Shown here piece by piece: positions 25,384-38,082 of a stretch of DNA of 64,000 nucleotides. Source of the DNA: Peribolospora baueri (taxonomy: Eukaryota). The DNA lies in assembly GCA_029717555.1 (NCBI GenBank), contig JAMDHS010000041.1:1-64000 (forward strand), in the 5' to 3' direction. Numbering within the stretch: position 1 is the stretch's first letter; every line of letters begins with the position of its first letter. A program made the translations under genes and the position numbers. Below the pieces are notes generated by a model that worked only from the letters and a program-made list of their open reading frames with translations, had not been told where the DNA came from and ran no database searches.

Positions 25384-28311
25384 TCATCCCATCCTCGTTT
25401 TGACTGCGTTGGAAAGGTGAAGGAGAGTGAAATGGACACAGGAAACAGTGTGTGAGCGGGTAAGGAGTCGAAGAAGAAAGAGCGGACGCAGTCTTCTCCA
25501 CCACCCATCGGCAAAAAACGAGACATAGAATCAAGGTGGAAGGTTGCTCACTGATGCCGGCCCTGATCAGTTTTTGGATCTGTGCTCGGGGACGATGAAG
25601 ATGGGCACATACGACACTCAGGACACGGCCTGTCAATGCCCAATTTGGGCTTAGACAATAGGACGACGGGAGGGCGCACCTTTTCCCTGATCATCGGATT
25701 CTTCATGTGGTCTTGCAAAGATGCCGGGTTCTCCTGTGCTTGTTGGAGGACTGGCGAGCAGCAAAGCGAGCGAACCAGAAAGGTAACATGAGACAATCAG
25801 ATCCGGTGACGTGGGCAGACGTAAGACATTAGACGTGGAAGTAAGGAGACTCACTGTTGTTCATGATGGGGTCTACATGGACGCAGTTCGAGAGATGAAA
25901 GACGATACAGACGGGCGCAAAGATACAGAGCGGTCAGACCATCCCTCCTCCACTCAAAGGAACCATCCTGACTCGTCCGCACTCACCCTGCATGATAGAC
26001 GCCACCTCGGGGTCTCTCATGGCCCTTTCCAACGTTTGCTGATCCGTCTCGTTGGCTCTCTCAGCATATAGGGTCTGCATGGCCTTGTTGATGATGCCCT
26101 CGATTTCTCGCGCGTTCTTGCCATCCGTGTCGTAGTCGGATGCCTGAGGTTCAACGAAGAAGAGGATAGGAGAACACAATGCCGGAACGGAGCGTCAGCC
26201 CTTCCTTCCTTCTCAGTGCCTCAACATCAGTACTAAGGAGAGTCCGCCTGCCGTCTACATCCGAAGACTGACTTTCTGAGCAGCCTCCAAGGCCTTAGTG
26301 AAGTCTCTCATGCCGTTAAGCACGTGTGCCTTGCGAATGTACCCCTTGACGAACTTGGGGTCCACCTCGATGGCCTTCTCCGCATCCTTGAGCGCCTCGG
26401 GTAGAGCGACTAGCTTGTTGTACGCGGCGGCCCTATTCGTGTAGCCACGGGGATCAGACGGGTTGCGCTTGATAGCCTCGGAATACGATTTCACCGATGC
26501 GGCGAAATCGCCAGCCTTGAATTGCGCGTTACCCTCCTCCCTTGCCTTCTCCGCCAGCTCCGGGTTGATGTACGCCTGCTTCTCCTTCTCTGCCTTTGCC
26601 TTCTCCGCCTCGCGCAGCTTGTGGAGAATGTCCGGAGTGCGGTGCTCGGTGAGAGACTTCTGAAAGTACTTGATCGCATTGTCCAAGTCATCTTTCTTCA
26701 AGTATGACGAGCCGATCCGGCCAAGGGCTCTGCGGAAAAAAAATTAGGAGAGATCAAACGTCATTGAGCGTGAATGATAAAGGATGACGAGTGAAAAGAA
26801 AGACTCACTTGGCGATCAACTTGAAGTCTGCCCGTTGTTCTCTGCCTTCCTCGACCGCCTTCTCACACAGCTCGATGCTTTTGTCGTAGTCACCCTTCTC
26901 GAAATAGCACGCTGCAGGCGATAAAAAAAAAGATTGCTCAGTACAACAATCAAACGGACAGAGTCTCCAACGCCAGAGGCCAACACGGAACGGTCACACA
27001 CCGGCCATGTTGGTCAAGTACGTGATGTCCTTGTGCAACTCCCAAGCTTTCTCGTAATGCTGAATCGCCTCATCAAACTGCCGCTTCATGTACAACCCGT
27101 TGGCGATCTTCTTCTCCTCCTCCGCCTTCTTCTCCATCTCTGCGTTAGGGTCCTCCTCTGCGGGCTCGTCTGTCTGCAACTTATCTTCCTTCGACGGCGG
27201 CGGCGTGGGCTTGGACGAAGACGGCGTCGGCTCCGAGGGAGGGGGCGACGTGGGTTTGGGAGCGTCGTCGCGTCGGAGATGGGGTGGGAGCTGGCGGAAC
27301 GACAGGCAGGAGGAGACATGGTTTGACGTCGTGCTCAACGGACGACAGAAATCGCCTTAAAACACCGCACCGACTCACCTCCTCGCTCCCCGCCGGCCGC
27401 TCAAACGCCTCCAAATCGATGCCCATCGCAACGCCCATGACCTGAATCATACGCGGGTCCTGGAACGCCATTTGGGCGTTCTGCGGGTTGGCCTGCACGT
27501 CCTTGAGCTTCTGGACAAAGCTCGGGTCGGCGAGGAGAGGGGCGGTTTTCGGGTTCGAGGCGAGCTTGGAAAGGAGGTTGGGATCGCTGAAGAGCTTTCC
27601 GATCGAGCCGGCTGGGCCTTCGGACTCTGAGGGAAAAAGTCGAACGGGAGGACGCGGGGAGACGTGAGCGTGTCATCACGCGCAGATACGATTGGAAGTA
27701 TATGCGCTCACCCATAGCATTCCTAACGTCGTTCAAGCCCCTCTGTAGCTGAGCATTGCTCGACTCCAGCTTCAAGCCCTCCTCGTACGCCTGTGCTGCC
27801 TCTTCCAACCGACGGGCGCCGTGGAGGGCAGCGCCTTTTCGGCCATAGCCTTTGGCCCATGTGGGGTTGTGCTTGATGGTCTGCACGTCCGGAAGTGCGG
27901 AGAGAGTACCGCTGGTTAAGAACCGACGCTCATAACCACAAAAAGAGCACTATGGCCCTGGATAGAGTAGGGATCCAAGACAAAGTAAGAGCGAATCGCC
28001 TCCCACTCACCTCATCAGCGTCCTCCAATGCCTTGGCCCAGTCCCTCTTGCCAGCATAGGCGCCGGATCGGTTGGAATAAAGGACATGGCTGTCGGGCTG
28101 CTGTTGGATTGCTTGGGTAAAGAGATCGATGGCCTTGTCATAGTCCTTGGCCTGGAAGGCTGCGTTGCCCTGTGCTTTGAGCGTGTCGGCCTTTCGTGGG
28201 AGGGCGGGGGTAAGGGAAGCTCCTGGCGTTGTCAGCAGATCTGTCCCCACTCCTCCACCGCTCCCCGACGACCGGTGGCGAGGAGCACAAGCGAGCACTC
28301 ACGTCCGCCAT
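25384..28311 (-). CDS. STI1: STI1/HOP Hsp70-Hsp90 organising co-chaperone (TPR1-DP1-TPR2A-TPR2B-DP2), multi-exon
   Basis: [19 protein letters not shown]...[99 protein letters not shown]. Confidence 0.96.
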
Positions 28312-28436
28312 GTTCTACGAGATTCTGGTAAGAGACGAGACGAGATTTAAGCGAGGAGAGGATGGAGGAGAGAAAACCAGTGGAAACGATCAAGCCGCCG
28401 TCCCTGCTTTTTGACTTAGCTTGCGCTCTGTCGCTC

Positions 28437-28451
28437 CATCTGGAAGGTTCG
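28437..28451. promoter_or_regulatory. Putative heat-shock element upstream of STI1
   Basis: cATCtgGAAggTTCg is a three-unit nTTCnnGAAnnTTCn with one mismatch, ~130 bp upstream of the STI1 ATG in the short divergent STI1/AFG1 intergenic region. Confidence 0.55.
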
Positions 28452-28630
28452 GGGCGATCGCCGCGTAGTATACGCGTGTTTATGCGAGTACATAATATGC
28501 CCCGATCACTTGCAGTCCCCAGCTGATCTCAGCGGGCGAGGTACCGGCTTGTGCGAGGCTGGCCGTGTCCGGACACTCACGCAGGCCGACCGTCGTCCCT
28601 TCTCACGGCACTGCGCTCCATAGACCAAAG

Positions 28631-31600
28631 ATGCTCGCAAGGCGGGCTGGTCATCTTTCCTCGTGGACATATAGACGCCCCTCTCTGGCTCTTCCTTCCC
28701 GTCCCACCACGTCTGGGCGAAGCGCTGTCCCTGCAAGTACACTTCCAACCTCGCATGCTTCGACGTCCGCGAAAGCACACGTTGGAACGGCCTCGGAGGC
28801 CTCCTCGCGGGCTCTTCAGGTCACCGATCCACTCCTGATGTACCGGGCCATGGTTGCTTCGGGGCAGCTCGCGTCCGACCAAGAACAGCTACGAGCGGTG
28901 ATCGCCGTGAGTTCGTCCGATGATGCGGACCCTCGGCGTGGCGTACTCTCACCCGCGCATCTCGTTCGATTCGTCGGACTCGATGCAGCTACGGAACCTC
29001 CACAAAACCTTGTTAGACTATCGACCCCCGCCTCATCTCCTCTCGATTCTCTCCACGCACTCTTCCTCGGTGTCGCATAATCGAAGTGAGGCTGCTTCTG
29101 ACCACGGCCACCCGATCGAACGAGGGAAGGAGAACGCGTTGGTTCGGTGGTTGAGCGAGGAGGAGAGCATTCGAGAGCTCGACACCCCCAAGGTTATCAA
29201 CGCGGCTCTTTTACGCATACGTCGTGGGCCTCGCGTCTCCTGGCTGACCCTACCATTTCTTTCACACCATTCTTTCTCAACTCAATACAGGGTATGATGC
29301 TGATAGGCCCCCCTGGCACAGGAAAGTCCCTCCTCCTCAATCTCTTCTACCATTCCTTACCCACGCCGCACAAGGTCCGCAGACATTACCATCACCTCCT
29401 GCTCGAAATTTATCGAGACATATGGAGCGAAGCTGAGCGGAGGCGGCTGAGCGTTAGAGGAGGTGCGGATGTTGACGATGAGGTTTGGAATCAAGGAAAG
29501 GGGAGCGGGTTAGAGGAAAGGGGCGGAGGCGATGCAAAGGCTCGAGCGAGCGGCCTGGAGCGCTTCAAGTCTCTTTTCCGCTTTGGCCCTTCCAGCCGCG
29601 AACGCCCCCTACAAGCCGATCCCACTCTGTCGTCTGCCTACAACCCGGAAGTGACGCTCCCACTCCACGCGGCCTCGCGTTTGTTCCTCCGCCACGGATG
29701 GCTACTCGTCTTTGACGAGGTGCAGCTCGTGGACATTGCTAGTGCCAACTTGATTCGGAGGGTGTTGGAGGCGTATTGGAAGTTGGGCGGAGTGGTCGTG
29801 GGTTCCTCAAATCGGCTTCCGGAAGGTCGGTAGACAGCGTCATGGAGATCAGCAGTAGGTATGCGGGAAGAGGAGGTTCCCTTCCCGATGGCCATCTGTA
29901 TGTGCTGAACCTCGTCTCCTTCGATTGTACGCCCCTACGCCTTGTCACCCTAACGACGCATCAAAAGACCTCTACGCCTCCAATGTGCAGCGCAACCTGC
30001 TGCTCTCCTTCTTGACCACGCTCCAAGTGCGTTTCGTATCTTTTCCGCCCCTTGTCCAAATACGCTACCGGAGCTGACCTCTCGGGCTTGAACGACGGTC
30101 GCGTGCCTGCAGGAGCGCTGCCCAGTGCACGAAATGCGAACAACCCACGACTGGCGACGCGTGTCAACCGAACTATCCAACGAAGGCGTGTCCGCCCGGT
30201 CATCGTCTTCTGATTCCGGGTTTCGCAATCTTGATCGAAGATACTTCCTCGTGGGAGAGGAGGCCGGCTTCGAGAAAGCCGTCTCGGCGTTCATGGCAGG
30301 TCGAAGCGGCAAGCCTGCTAGTGTAGAAGTCTACGGCAGACGGGTCCATGTGCCCATTGCCGTGCCCTGCGTGCCGACCTCCGATTCTGCCCAGGGAGGA
30401 GGTGAGCTCTCCCCTCCTCTGTCAAGCCTAGCCAGATTTCGCTTTCAGGAACTCTGCGATGCCCCCCTCGGCGCCGCCGACTACCTCACTATAGCAAGCA
30501 CATACGAGACGATCGCAGTGGACGGCGTTCCTCAGATGAGGCTGAAGGATAAGAACGTGGCCAGACGGTGGATCACCTTCTTGGACGCCGCTTACGAGGC
30601 TGGCAGGTTAGCGATCGTCCTCGAGCTCCTGTGAGCACGCTGGCGCGACACTGACGCTCTCCATCCATTTCCATCCGTTCCTCTCGTTCATCTCAGCCGT
30701 TTGATCATCCTCGCAGCGACGTGTCCGGATGACCTGTTTTTCCCAGACGCCCGTCCCGCGTCGTCTTCCGCCATCCGCGCCCGAACGCCCGAGGCGTCAC
30801 GCTCCGCCACGACTGCAGGCGCAGCCTCATCCTTTGACGACGTTGTCGAGTCCGCTAGGGGCGCTGCCTCTCCGTTCACCCAAGATGCGATCGCCGCTGA
30901 AGAGGCGATGGCCGAGTGGGCAGGTCGGACGTCGGTGCGGTCGGATGAAGACGAGCGGCGGCGGAGGGGTGCGGAAGATGAGCTGACGAACGAGCAGCTC
31001 ATGAACGCCGAGACGTTCGGTGAAGTCTCTCACGACGTCGAGGAGCGTTTCAGGCCGAACGTGTCCTCGTACCAGGAAGGCGTGACGGGTGGAGAACGGA
31101 GGGGCGTGGATGATGACGAGACGGTCTCGGAGCGTGGGGGGCCAAGGCGAGAAGGAGGGGGCTTTGGTAGCGACTGGCGGGATTTGGCCTTCTTCACCGG
31201 TAAGCGAAATCACCTCCGATCCGCTCGAGCCAGACTCGGCCGCCTTGATGAGGCTGACGCCATGCGAGCGCCTGACCGCGTCGACACCACATCTATTTTC
31301 CCGCGCGTTCTACGTCGGTCCCAGGGGAAGACGAGCGGTTCGCGTACGCTCGTGCCGTTTCGCGTCTCCACGAGATGTCCTCGCCGCGCTGGGAGGCTCG
31401 AAGGAGGTGGCAGCCTTTTGCAGAAGGCGAGATGAGGTGGTGGGATGGTGGAGTCGCCGTCGGCGGCCCCAGCTCGACGGCGGCAGCCGCTGTGGACGCG
31501 GAGAGAGGGGCAGGTGTCAAACGGCAGCCTTGGAAGATGACCGACCAATTCGCGCCCGAAAACCGGCCGAGGCTCTCACCAGACCACATCTGGGGCGTGC

Positions 31601-31710
31601 GCGAGGACTGGGGCAAAAGAGCTGGACGGTGGGGTAAGGGGGCCAAAGCGTATGCAGATGGCGACGGCGGCGATGACCAAGGCAGTTCGTCCCGGCGTCG
31701 ACCGGATTAA
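28631..31710 (+). CDS. AFG1: AFG1/LACE1/ZapE-like mitochondrial ATPase, multi-exon
   Basis: Presequence-like N-terminus, PK/GMMLIGPPGTGKSLLLNLFY (Walker A), LLVFDEVQLVD (Walker B), SSNRLPE/DLY, ARFRFQELCDAPLGAADY, ARRWITFLDAAYE, FTG/EDERFAYARAVSRLHEM. Confidence 0.9.
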
Positions 31711-32078
31711 GCATTTGGTTTTGGGCAGCTCGCAAAGCGCCGTCCGGGTTCGTTCAGTCGGCCAAGCAAACTTCTTGGACGGTCCAGATGGCTTTGGAGG
31801 GGTAGATAGGAGGACGCTGGTGGTGGGTACCAACAAGTGGCCTTCTTGTCGCTCCAGGAAGCAAGTGCATTTAGACAAGCCATTTTGGTGTTCGCGATAT
31901 AAAACTACGTACGTAGCAATTCCTAGTGCGTTGTCCCCAGAGACGAGGCGATGAATGAAAGGGGCGGGGGCGGATACCGAGTCATCGACATTCCCACAAA
32001 GACGCAATTGCTCCTTCCCAGACGTCTTTCATCCTCGTCTACCCAAACCCAGTTCTCCGACTTTATTTCTTCTTTGTC

Positions 32079-33966
32079 TCATTCCCACACGCTCTTCTCC
32101 GCCCAAATCTTCTCGCACGTCTCCAAGTCGTGGCCGGGGATGATCCTACCTTTCGTCCTCTTCTCGAGGCGCTGCAACTTTTGGTTCGACGTGAACCAGC
32201 TTTGTGAGAAAGGGAAGGGAGGGGGGGCATAAAAGGTCAGCAGGGGCCTTTGTTGGGTAGGTAAGCGGGGTAGAGACGAGGCGCTCACGCCGCATGGTCA
32301 CGCGAGAGCCAGCCTTGGGGAATTCCGGGCTTGTAGTTCTCCTAAGGGCGGGGCAGGGGCAAGGTCACGTCATCAGCGGGAAGCGGCCCAACGAGAATCT
32401 TGGAAAGCAGTCGATTACGATCGATCGGTGGAGTCGAAAAGAGGACGCGGGACTCACGGCGACGTGCAAATGGTCGCTGACGAACACGAACGTCCCGTCC
32501 TTGGGCAGGTTGATCTGCATGCCGACCAAGCCGGCGGTGTGACCGGGCAAGTGGTGGAGGGTGATGCCCTGGGCAAAGTCAAGCTGATCCTCGGTGAACG
32601 TCTTCCACTTGAGACGGGTGAGAGAGAGGTAATGGGGGAGGTAGACGCCTGTGTCGGCGCCGCTGTAGGGGAAAGGGAAACGAAGACGAGGGCGCGGTTC
32701 GGTCAGCTGAACCCGCAAGGCGAGACGGTACGCCGAGGAGCGGGAGATGATAAATACGCACGTCGCAACCGACCAAAACGCCATCTTGAGCTCCTCGTCT
32801 GGCGCGATCGCAGCGGAAGGGGGTGGGGACAGAACGCGCAAGTCAGATCAGATTGCGCGCCTCGATCGGGACAGTGGCCGGCGTTGACGACGACAATGGG
32901 ACGCCGGCCGCTCGAACCGAGGCGTTCAGACTCCAGGGGACTACCCACCGTGGACCCAGATGGGCACTCCGGTATCCATGAACATATCCAAACCGCCGGC
33001 GTGGTCGAGGTGGAGGTGTCCGATGATCACGGCCTTGATGTCCTTGATGTCGTAACCGGCTTTGCGGATCGCCGCGTCGAGCTCGTGTTCGGGCTCGTAT
33101 CGGTTCCGCTGGAGAGGGGTTAGGAGCGGTTTTGTGGTAGAGCGGTATGGGACGGTCAGAGGGAAGGTTGGGCACTCAAGAGGGGGGTGCATGCTTGTGA
33201 CAAGGGGCGTGTCGTGCCACTTACCGCGAAGATATCATTGATAGGAGCGCCCCAAATCTGCCACGACAGGAAGGGCGGGGGGGAAGAAGCCAACGCACGT
33301 TTTTAGTCTTCGTCGGTCGTCGTCGGCGGGAACTAAGCAAATTACTGTACCCACCTGAGGATAGTCCTTGCCCGAGCCCGTCTCCCAGAGGATCAGACCT
33401 TCGTGGGGGTGATCGCTGGGTCGGCGAAAACGGGTCAGGTCACAAGCGATCGGCAGTGCGCAACGTTGAAACGGACATTCTCACATGAGAACGGAATACA
33501 TGGCCAGGTCCCGTCGCTCCCGCTTGGGGCCCTCGGGGTTGGACTGGGTGGAGGTGTTGCCTCCCCTCACTTTGAGGCGCCGAGGCGGAGGAGATGGCGA
33601 AAAAAAAACCATCACAGTCAGCCGTCAGTCGTGTGCCTTTCTCGCCTTGTCCTGATCCTTCCCCTTCGGCGCGCTCCCGCTCCCACGGTCCAAACCGTTC
33701 CACCGCCTCTCTCGACTGGCCCCGCACACCCAACCCCGCACCCCGCCTCGCGCGCTCTTCCACGCAGAGACACGAAAAAAAAAGAAAAAAAAAAAAGGGG
33801 AGGAGGGGCCCCAGCCCAACTCACGAAACCAGCCGGCGTCCGCCTCGAGGTAGCCCAAGTTGAGGATGTGCATCTTCGTCCCCGGCGGGCAGGCGTTGAG
33901 CACGGAGGGCAGCACGGCCCCGGCGGGGAGTTGGGAGGGGAGGTTGAGCGATTCGTTGGTCGCCAT
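32079..33966 (-). CDS. Metallo-beta-lactamase-fold lactonase/lactamase (AttM/AiiA-like), many short exons
   Basis: TKMHILNLGYLEADAGWF, ILWETG, DIKAVIIGHLHLDHAGGL (HxHxDH), HE/ELKMAFWSVAT, HLPGHTAGL, FVFVSD, PQGWLSRD, IIPGHD. Confidence 0.9.
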
Positions 33967-34992
33967 CGTTCGTTGTGCTTGTTTGCTTTGGGTCGCTTGC
34001 TTCGATCTGGATCTGGAGCTGTTCTGAGATGATCGCGCTGTTCCTGTTACTCTCCGTCTAGCGGCGAGGAAGGGAATGGGGAAGAGACAAGGAGCGGGTT
34101 GGCGGAAAAGATGGGAGCGGGGGGATGACTGAAACCGGCGGCTCGCGCGGGGGCATGGAGATACATATGCCCCTCATGCTCGCGACCCCGCTCGACGCTC
34201 GACGACACGGAGGCGGGCGCGGAAGGCGGGGCGCCAGGTGTGGCCGATGGCGGTGCGGGGACGTGCCAAGTGTCGGAAGAAGCGCGGGGCCAAGAAATTG
34301 CGTCGGTGGGTCAAGAAGGCGGAGGAGGCCGGCATCAACACTGGAACACTCGCGGGTCTCTGTTCCCGGGCTTCCGTTCCCAATAGACACGTACCCGTTA
34401 GCACTGCGACGACATTCGGCGCGGGCTCTTTTCTTTTCTTTTTTCTCCTCTCGACGGCGTCGGTCGTGCACAGATATGACGCCGAGAACCGGAGCGCCTT
34501 GGGCCCCTTCCGGCTTTTTGAGCGCCGGTGTGGAGAAGGGCGAAGGATGTTGTGGGCGGGGAAGGTAAGAAAGCAGAACGAACGGAAGACGGGAACGAAC
34601 TGATGCGGTGATCGGGACTGCGTTCGATCGCAGAGGCCGCCGTCTCAGTTAATTAAAATTATAGTTAGCGATAATAAAACTTTTGTCTTATTAGTGTGCG
34701 TCGGATGCGTGTAGGCATCATGTCATGTCGTCCCCTCTCAGACGCTCGGCCATCCACATCCACATCCACCCCTCCCCCTCCTCTCTACTACTCTCCACTC
34801 GTCGGCCCTCCTCCCACATCGCCATCCGCTCACAACACCCTCGAGACACGCGTTGGTCGATCGATCACCTGCCTGCGCCCTACACACTCGGTAACTGCGC
34901 CTTACAACCTACATTCCGCCTGTAGAATACAACAAACAAGTCCGCAAAATCGAAAGGCGGCGTCGGAAGACCCAGGCTTTGAGTGGGTGGTG

Positions 34993-35040
34993 TGCATGTG
35001 TGCATGTGTGTGTGTGTGTGCGTGTGCGTGTGCGTGCGCG
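34993..35040. repeat. (TG)n/(TGCGTG)n microsatellite
   Basis: Visible dinucleotide and hexanucleotide repeat. Confidence 0.8.
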
Positions 35041-35208
35041 GGTGGATGTAGACGATGGTATCGACCCGCGAGAGGGGCGGGGGGGAGGGAAACGCAAGAC
35101 AGAGCAAGGTGGTAGGTATACTGCTTGCGACTCGTAATCGGACGCAGCCTTTCTCCCTTCATCGCACCCGTCCCCATTCATGCACCCGCTCCCCGTCCGT
35201 CATGAATC

Positions 35209-36054
35209 CTACCGTACCCCGCCGAAGCCGTCGCCACCATCGTCGTCAACGCCACTGTCCGCGTCGACGGGCCAGAAGTTGGGATCGACGTTGTACAACG
35301 TCGACCGGCTCGAGCCCCTGGGCAGCGTGCTGTGTCTCGACCCGCCGCCCGGGTGGAGCGTGGATGATGATGGCGACAATCGGGGTCGGGGTCGGGGTCC
35401 CGGTCCGGGTCCAAGTCGATCGCCGGCACTGGAGCCGGGGTAGGAAGAGGACGGAGACAAGGTCGACCCGTCGACCAGCGTGGTCGTCGAGCCGATGTTG
35501 TCCAAGCAGGGGTACGTGCTACCCGGGCGCGCTCCTTGTCGTCGATTCGACGAAGGTCGAGCCAAGTTCGGGGCGAAATCCGTGTCTCTCGACCTTGGCG
35601 CTGTCCCGGAACGGGCGTATCCGTATCGCTCGTCCTCCTCCTCCCCTTCTGTCTCGGTCGTGAAGCTTTGAGGAAAGCGGACGTTGTCGTGCGCCGGGGC
35701 CGGCGCCCTCGCAGCCGCGTCCCATGCCCCGCCTCGGACGGTCATGGCGCCCGCCGCGCCGGGGAGGATCTGCTTGGCGAGTCGACGCCTGCGGAGGTTG
35801 CCTCGGAAAAACACGAAGCCGGCGATGAGGCACGCACAGACAAAGATGCCGACGGGGACGACGATGGCCGCGAGGACGGTGTCTGACATTGTCGCCGCGC
35901 CTTGTTTTCCTTGTGCCGTTTGGGAGGGGGAGGAGGACGTGCCTGGTGCATCAGGATGTGCGAATGAAAAGGTGGACGGCTGAAGAAGGAAGAGGAGGAG
36001 GAGGGTGAGAGATGCGCATACGCGTCCGTGCGCCGTTCGCGCGGTGATGGACAT
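35209..36054 (-). CDS. Hypothetical type-I single-pass membrane protein
   Basis: Signal-like segment (LTLLLLFLLQPSTFSFA), short Ser/Thr ectodomain, TM (VLAAIVVPVGIFVCACLIAGFVFF) followed by a basic stop-transfer RGNLRRRR, then a disordered tail. No family recognised. Confidence 0.6.
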   Translation of the reverse strand: MSITARTAHGRVCASLTLLLLFLLQPSTFSFAHPDAPGTSSSPSQTAQGKQGAATMSDTVLAAIVVPVGIFVCACLIAGFVFFRGNLRRRRLAKQILPGAAGAMTVRGGAWDAAARAPAPAHDNVRFPQSFTTETEGEEEDERYGYARSGTAPRSRDTDFAPNLARPSSNRRQGARPGSTYPCLDNIGSTTTLVDGSTLSPSSSYPGSSAGDRLGPGPGPRPRPRLSPSSSTLHPGGGSRHSTLPRGSSRSTLYNVDPNFWPVDADSGVDDDGGDGFGGVR

Positions 36055-38082
36055 GGTGGCTCGTCCGCGTTGGATGGCTGGCACCGACCCGGGAGCGAAG
36101 AAGAGGCGCGTCGACGAAGGTGATGGGTATCTTGAACGTGTTCTGTGCTGTGTGACGGCGAGATTGCCAGTGTGGGGGAGAGGGCAAGGAGGGAAAGAGA
36201 AAGGCGGGGGAAGGGAGGATGGAAAGGAAAATGGTGGTGAGAGAGCAAGACACGTCCTGCCTGTCCGAGCGAGGCGTCCGACGACCACGGGTTGTGTGAG
36301 CAGCGAGCGAGATACGCGAGCGAGGATCTGACTAGTCTAGTCGGTCATTGAGCGAAATTGGCGAGCCAGGGGCGGCGGTCAGTTCATCGGTCCATCAGTC
36401 AGTCCAACCGCTGAGGCTGGTCACCGGCAGACGTCTCGGAAACGATAGACGAGGCTGGTCAGTGCCGGCGGGTGCGATCAGGGCAGGCGCAAGACGGCGA
36501 GTGGTTATTTATGTAACTGCCTAGCTCTCCGTCTGGCGCCTCCACCTACTAGTCCGAGCGGGGTGGAAGAGAAGGGCCGTCGACGGTGTGTGTCTGAGTG
36601 AGCCGTCGTGGAATAGAGCAGCCGACTTGCACTGACGAAGCGCCCTTTCTCAAATTCGACCGGCGTTGGTGGCCGCGGTTTATGCGCCGCTGACGCCGAC
36701 GAGCATCATCCCGCCGTTCCTTCCGCGCCGTCGCTAATACGGACGACATGAAAACGCCGCCCAACCTTTCGAACGCCCGTTTATCTACCCGCTCTTCTGC
36801 AGATGTTCGTGCGCTAGCTTCCTGGCACCCGTCTCGGGTAGACAGAAACAGAACGCAGAACGCAGACGGCAGCGCACGTGAGCCAGACTACGCATGCCGA
36901 TCCTCGTTCACCCGCTCGTTCAGACGCCTCGCACGTGCGACCAACCCGTCTTCTGCTCTGTGTGTCCCTTGGCGTCGTGTGCGCCTTGCTGGGGCCGGCG
37001 TAGCCATGCATGCCGTCCTGCGACAGAATGCAAGCTCCGTGTTCCGCCACCGTCCTGTCCTTTCGTGTCGCCCATGTCTCTCAGGACTCGAATCTACGGG
37101 AGCGCGGACGGCTTACTCCTTCCTCTGCGGCGTACGTCTTTGGACCCGCCAAGACGCCCGCCTGGGCTCGTCGGGAGACATGCCATGTTTCCCAGTGAGC
37201 GCCGACATGTCGGTGAGCCCTTCGTTCCTTCAGTCATTCTCGTTCCGATGGCGTCTCCTGCGTCGCAGATAGGATCCCCGCCCGTGGTGCTTTCGTCCTT
37301 CTTCCGAAGCTGCGGCGCAATCACGTGCAGCCAAGACTAAGTTTGCCCAGCGCTGGAGGGCGTCGGAGGATAGATAGGGGGAGCGGTATGTCACGGTAAC
37401 CGACGGTATGTGCCAGGGTGACGAACTCGGGGGACCCTTTTTCCATGCCTGCACAATCTTGACTGCAGGGAGCGCCCGACGGTGCGCGACAAGGCGTAGG
37501 ATACGTATATACGTATTGGCCGTACTCGTCCCAGCATAAACTGACGTTGTTCATTCTTCCGTGCCATGTCGATCTTGGTCTTGGCTTGGCGCGTGCGCAA
37601 GGAAGAGGCGCGGCGGCGGCTTGGCTCGCAAGTGGGATGCCAAGACGACTACGGACGCGACCATCGTCCACGAGGAATGAATGATAGTTAGTAGCGGCGA
37701 TTGCTTGGCTTACTTACCTTTTGTCGCTCAGACTAGCTTGTGTGCTCGTACGACCGCAAGCCGCGCAGGCAAAGGTGGCGCCCGGTATCATCTCGACTCG
37801 GCCACGTCGCCAACTTCGCCTTGGCATGGTGGAGTGGCGGCTGGCGAGCTAAGGGAGGAAGAGACGGCGCCCTTCTCCCCCTTTACAAGTCATCCTTCTT
37901 CCCTTTTTTCACCCTCCATTCACCCTTGCCCTCTCCTCCCATCATCCCTGGATCTCCTGCCTGGTCTTTCTGACGCTCATAACACCCACCACGCTCTTTC
38001 TCTCCCAGGCCCTCCTTTGCACGCACTCAGTCGCTCGGTTTCCCTCACACTCTTTCAACCCATCTTCCCCCTCCCCCCCGCG

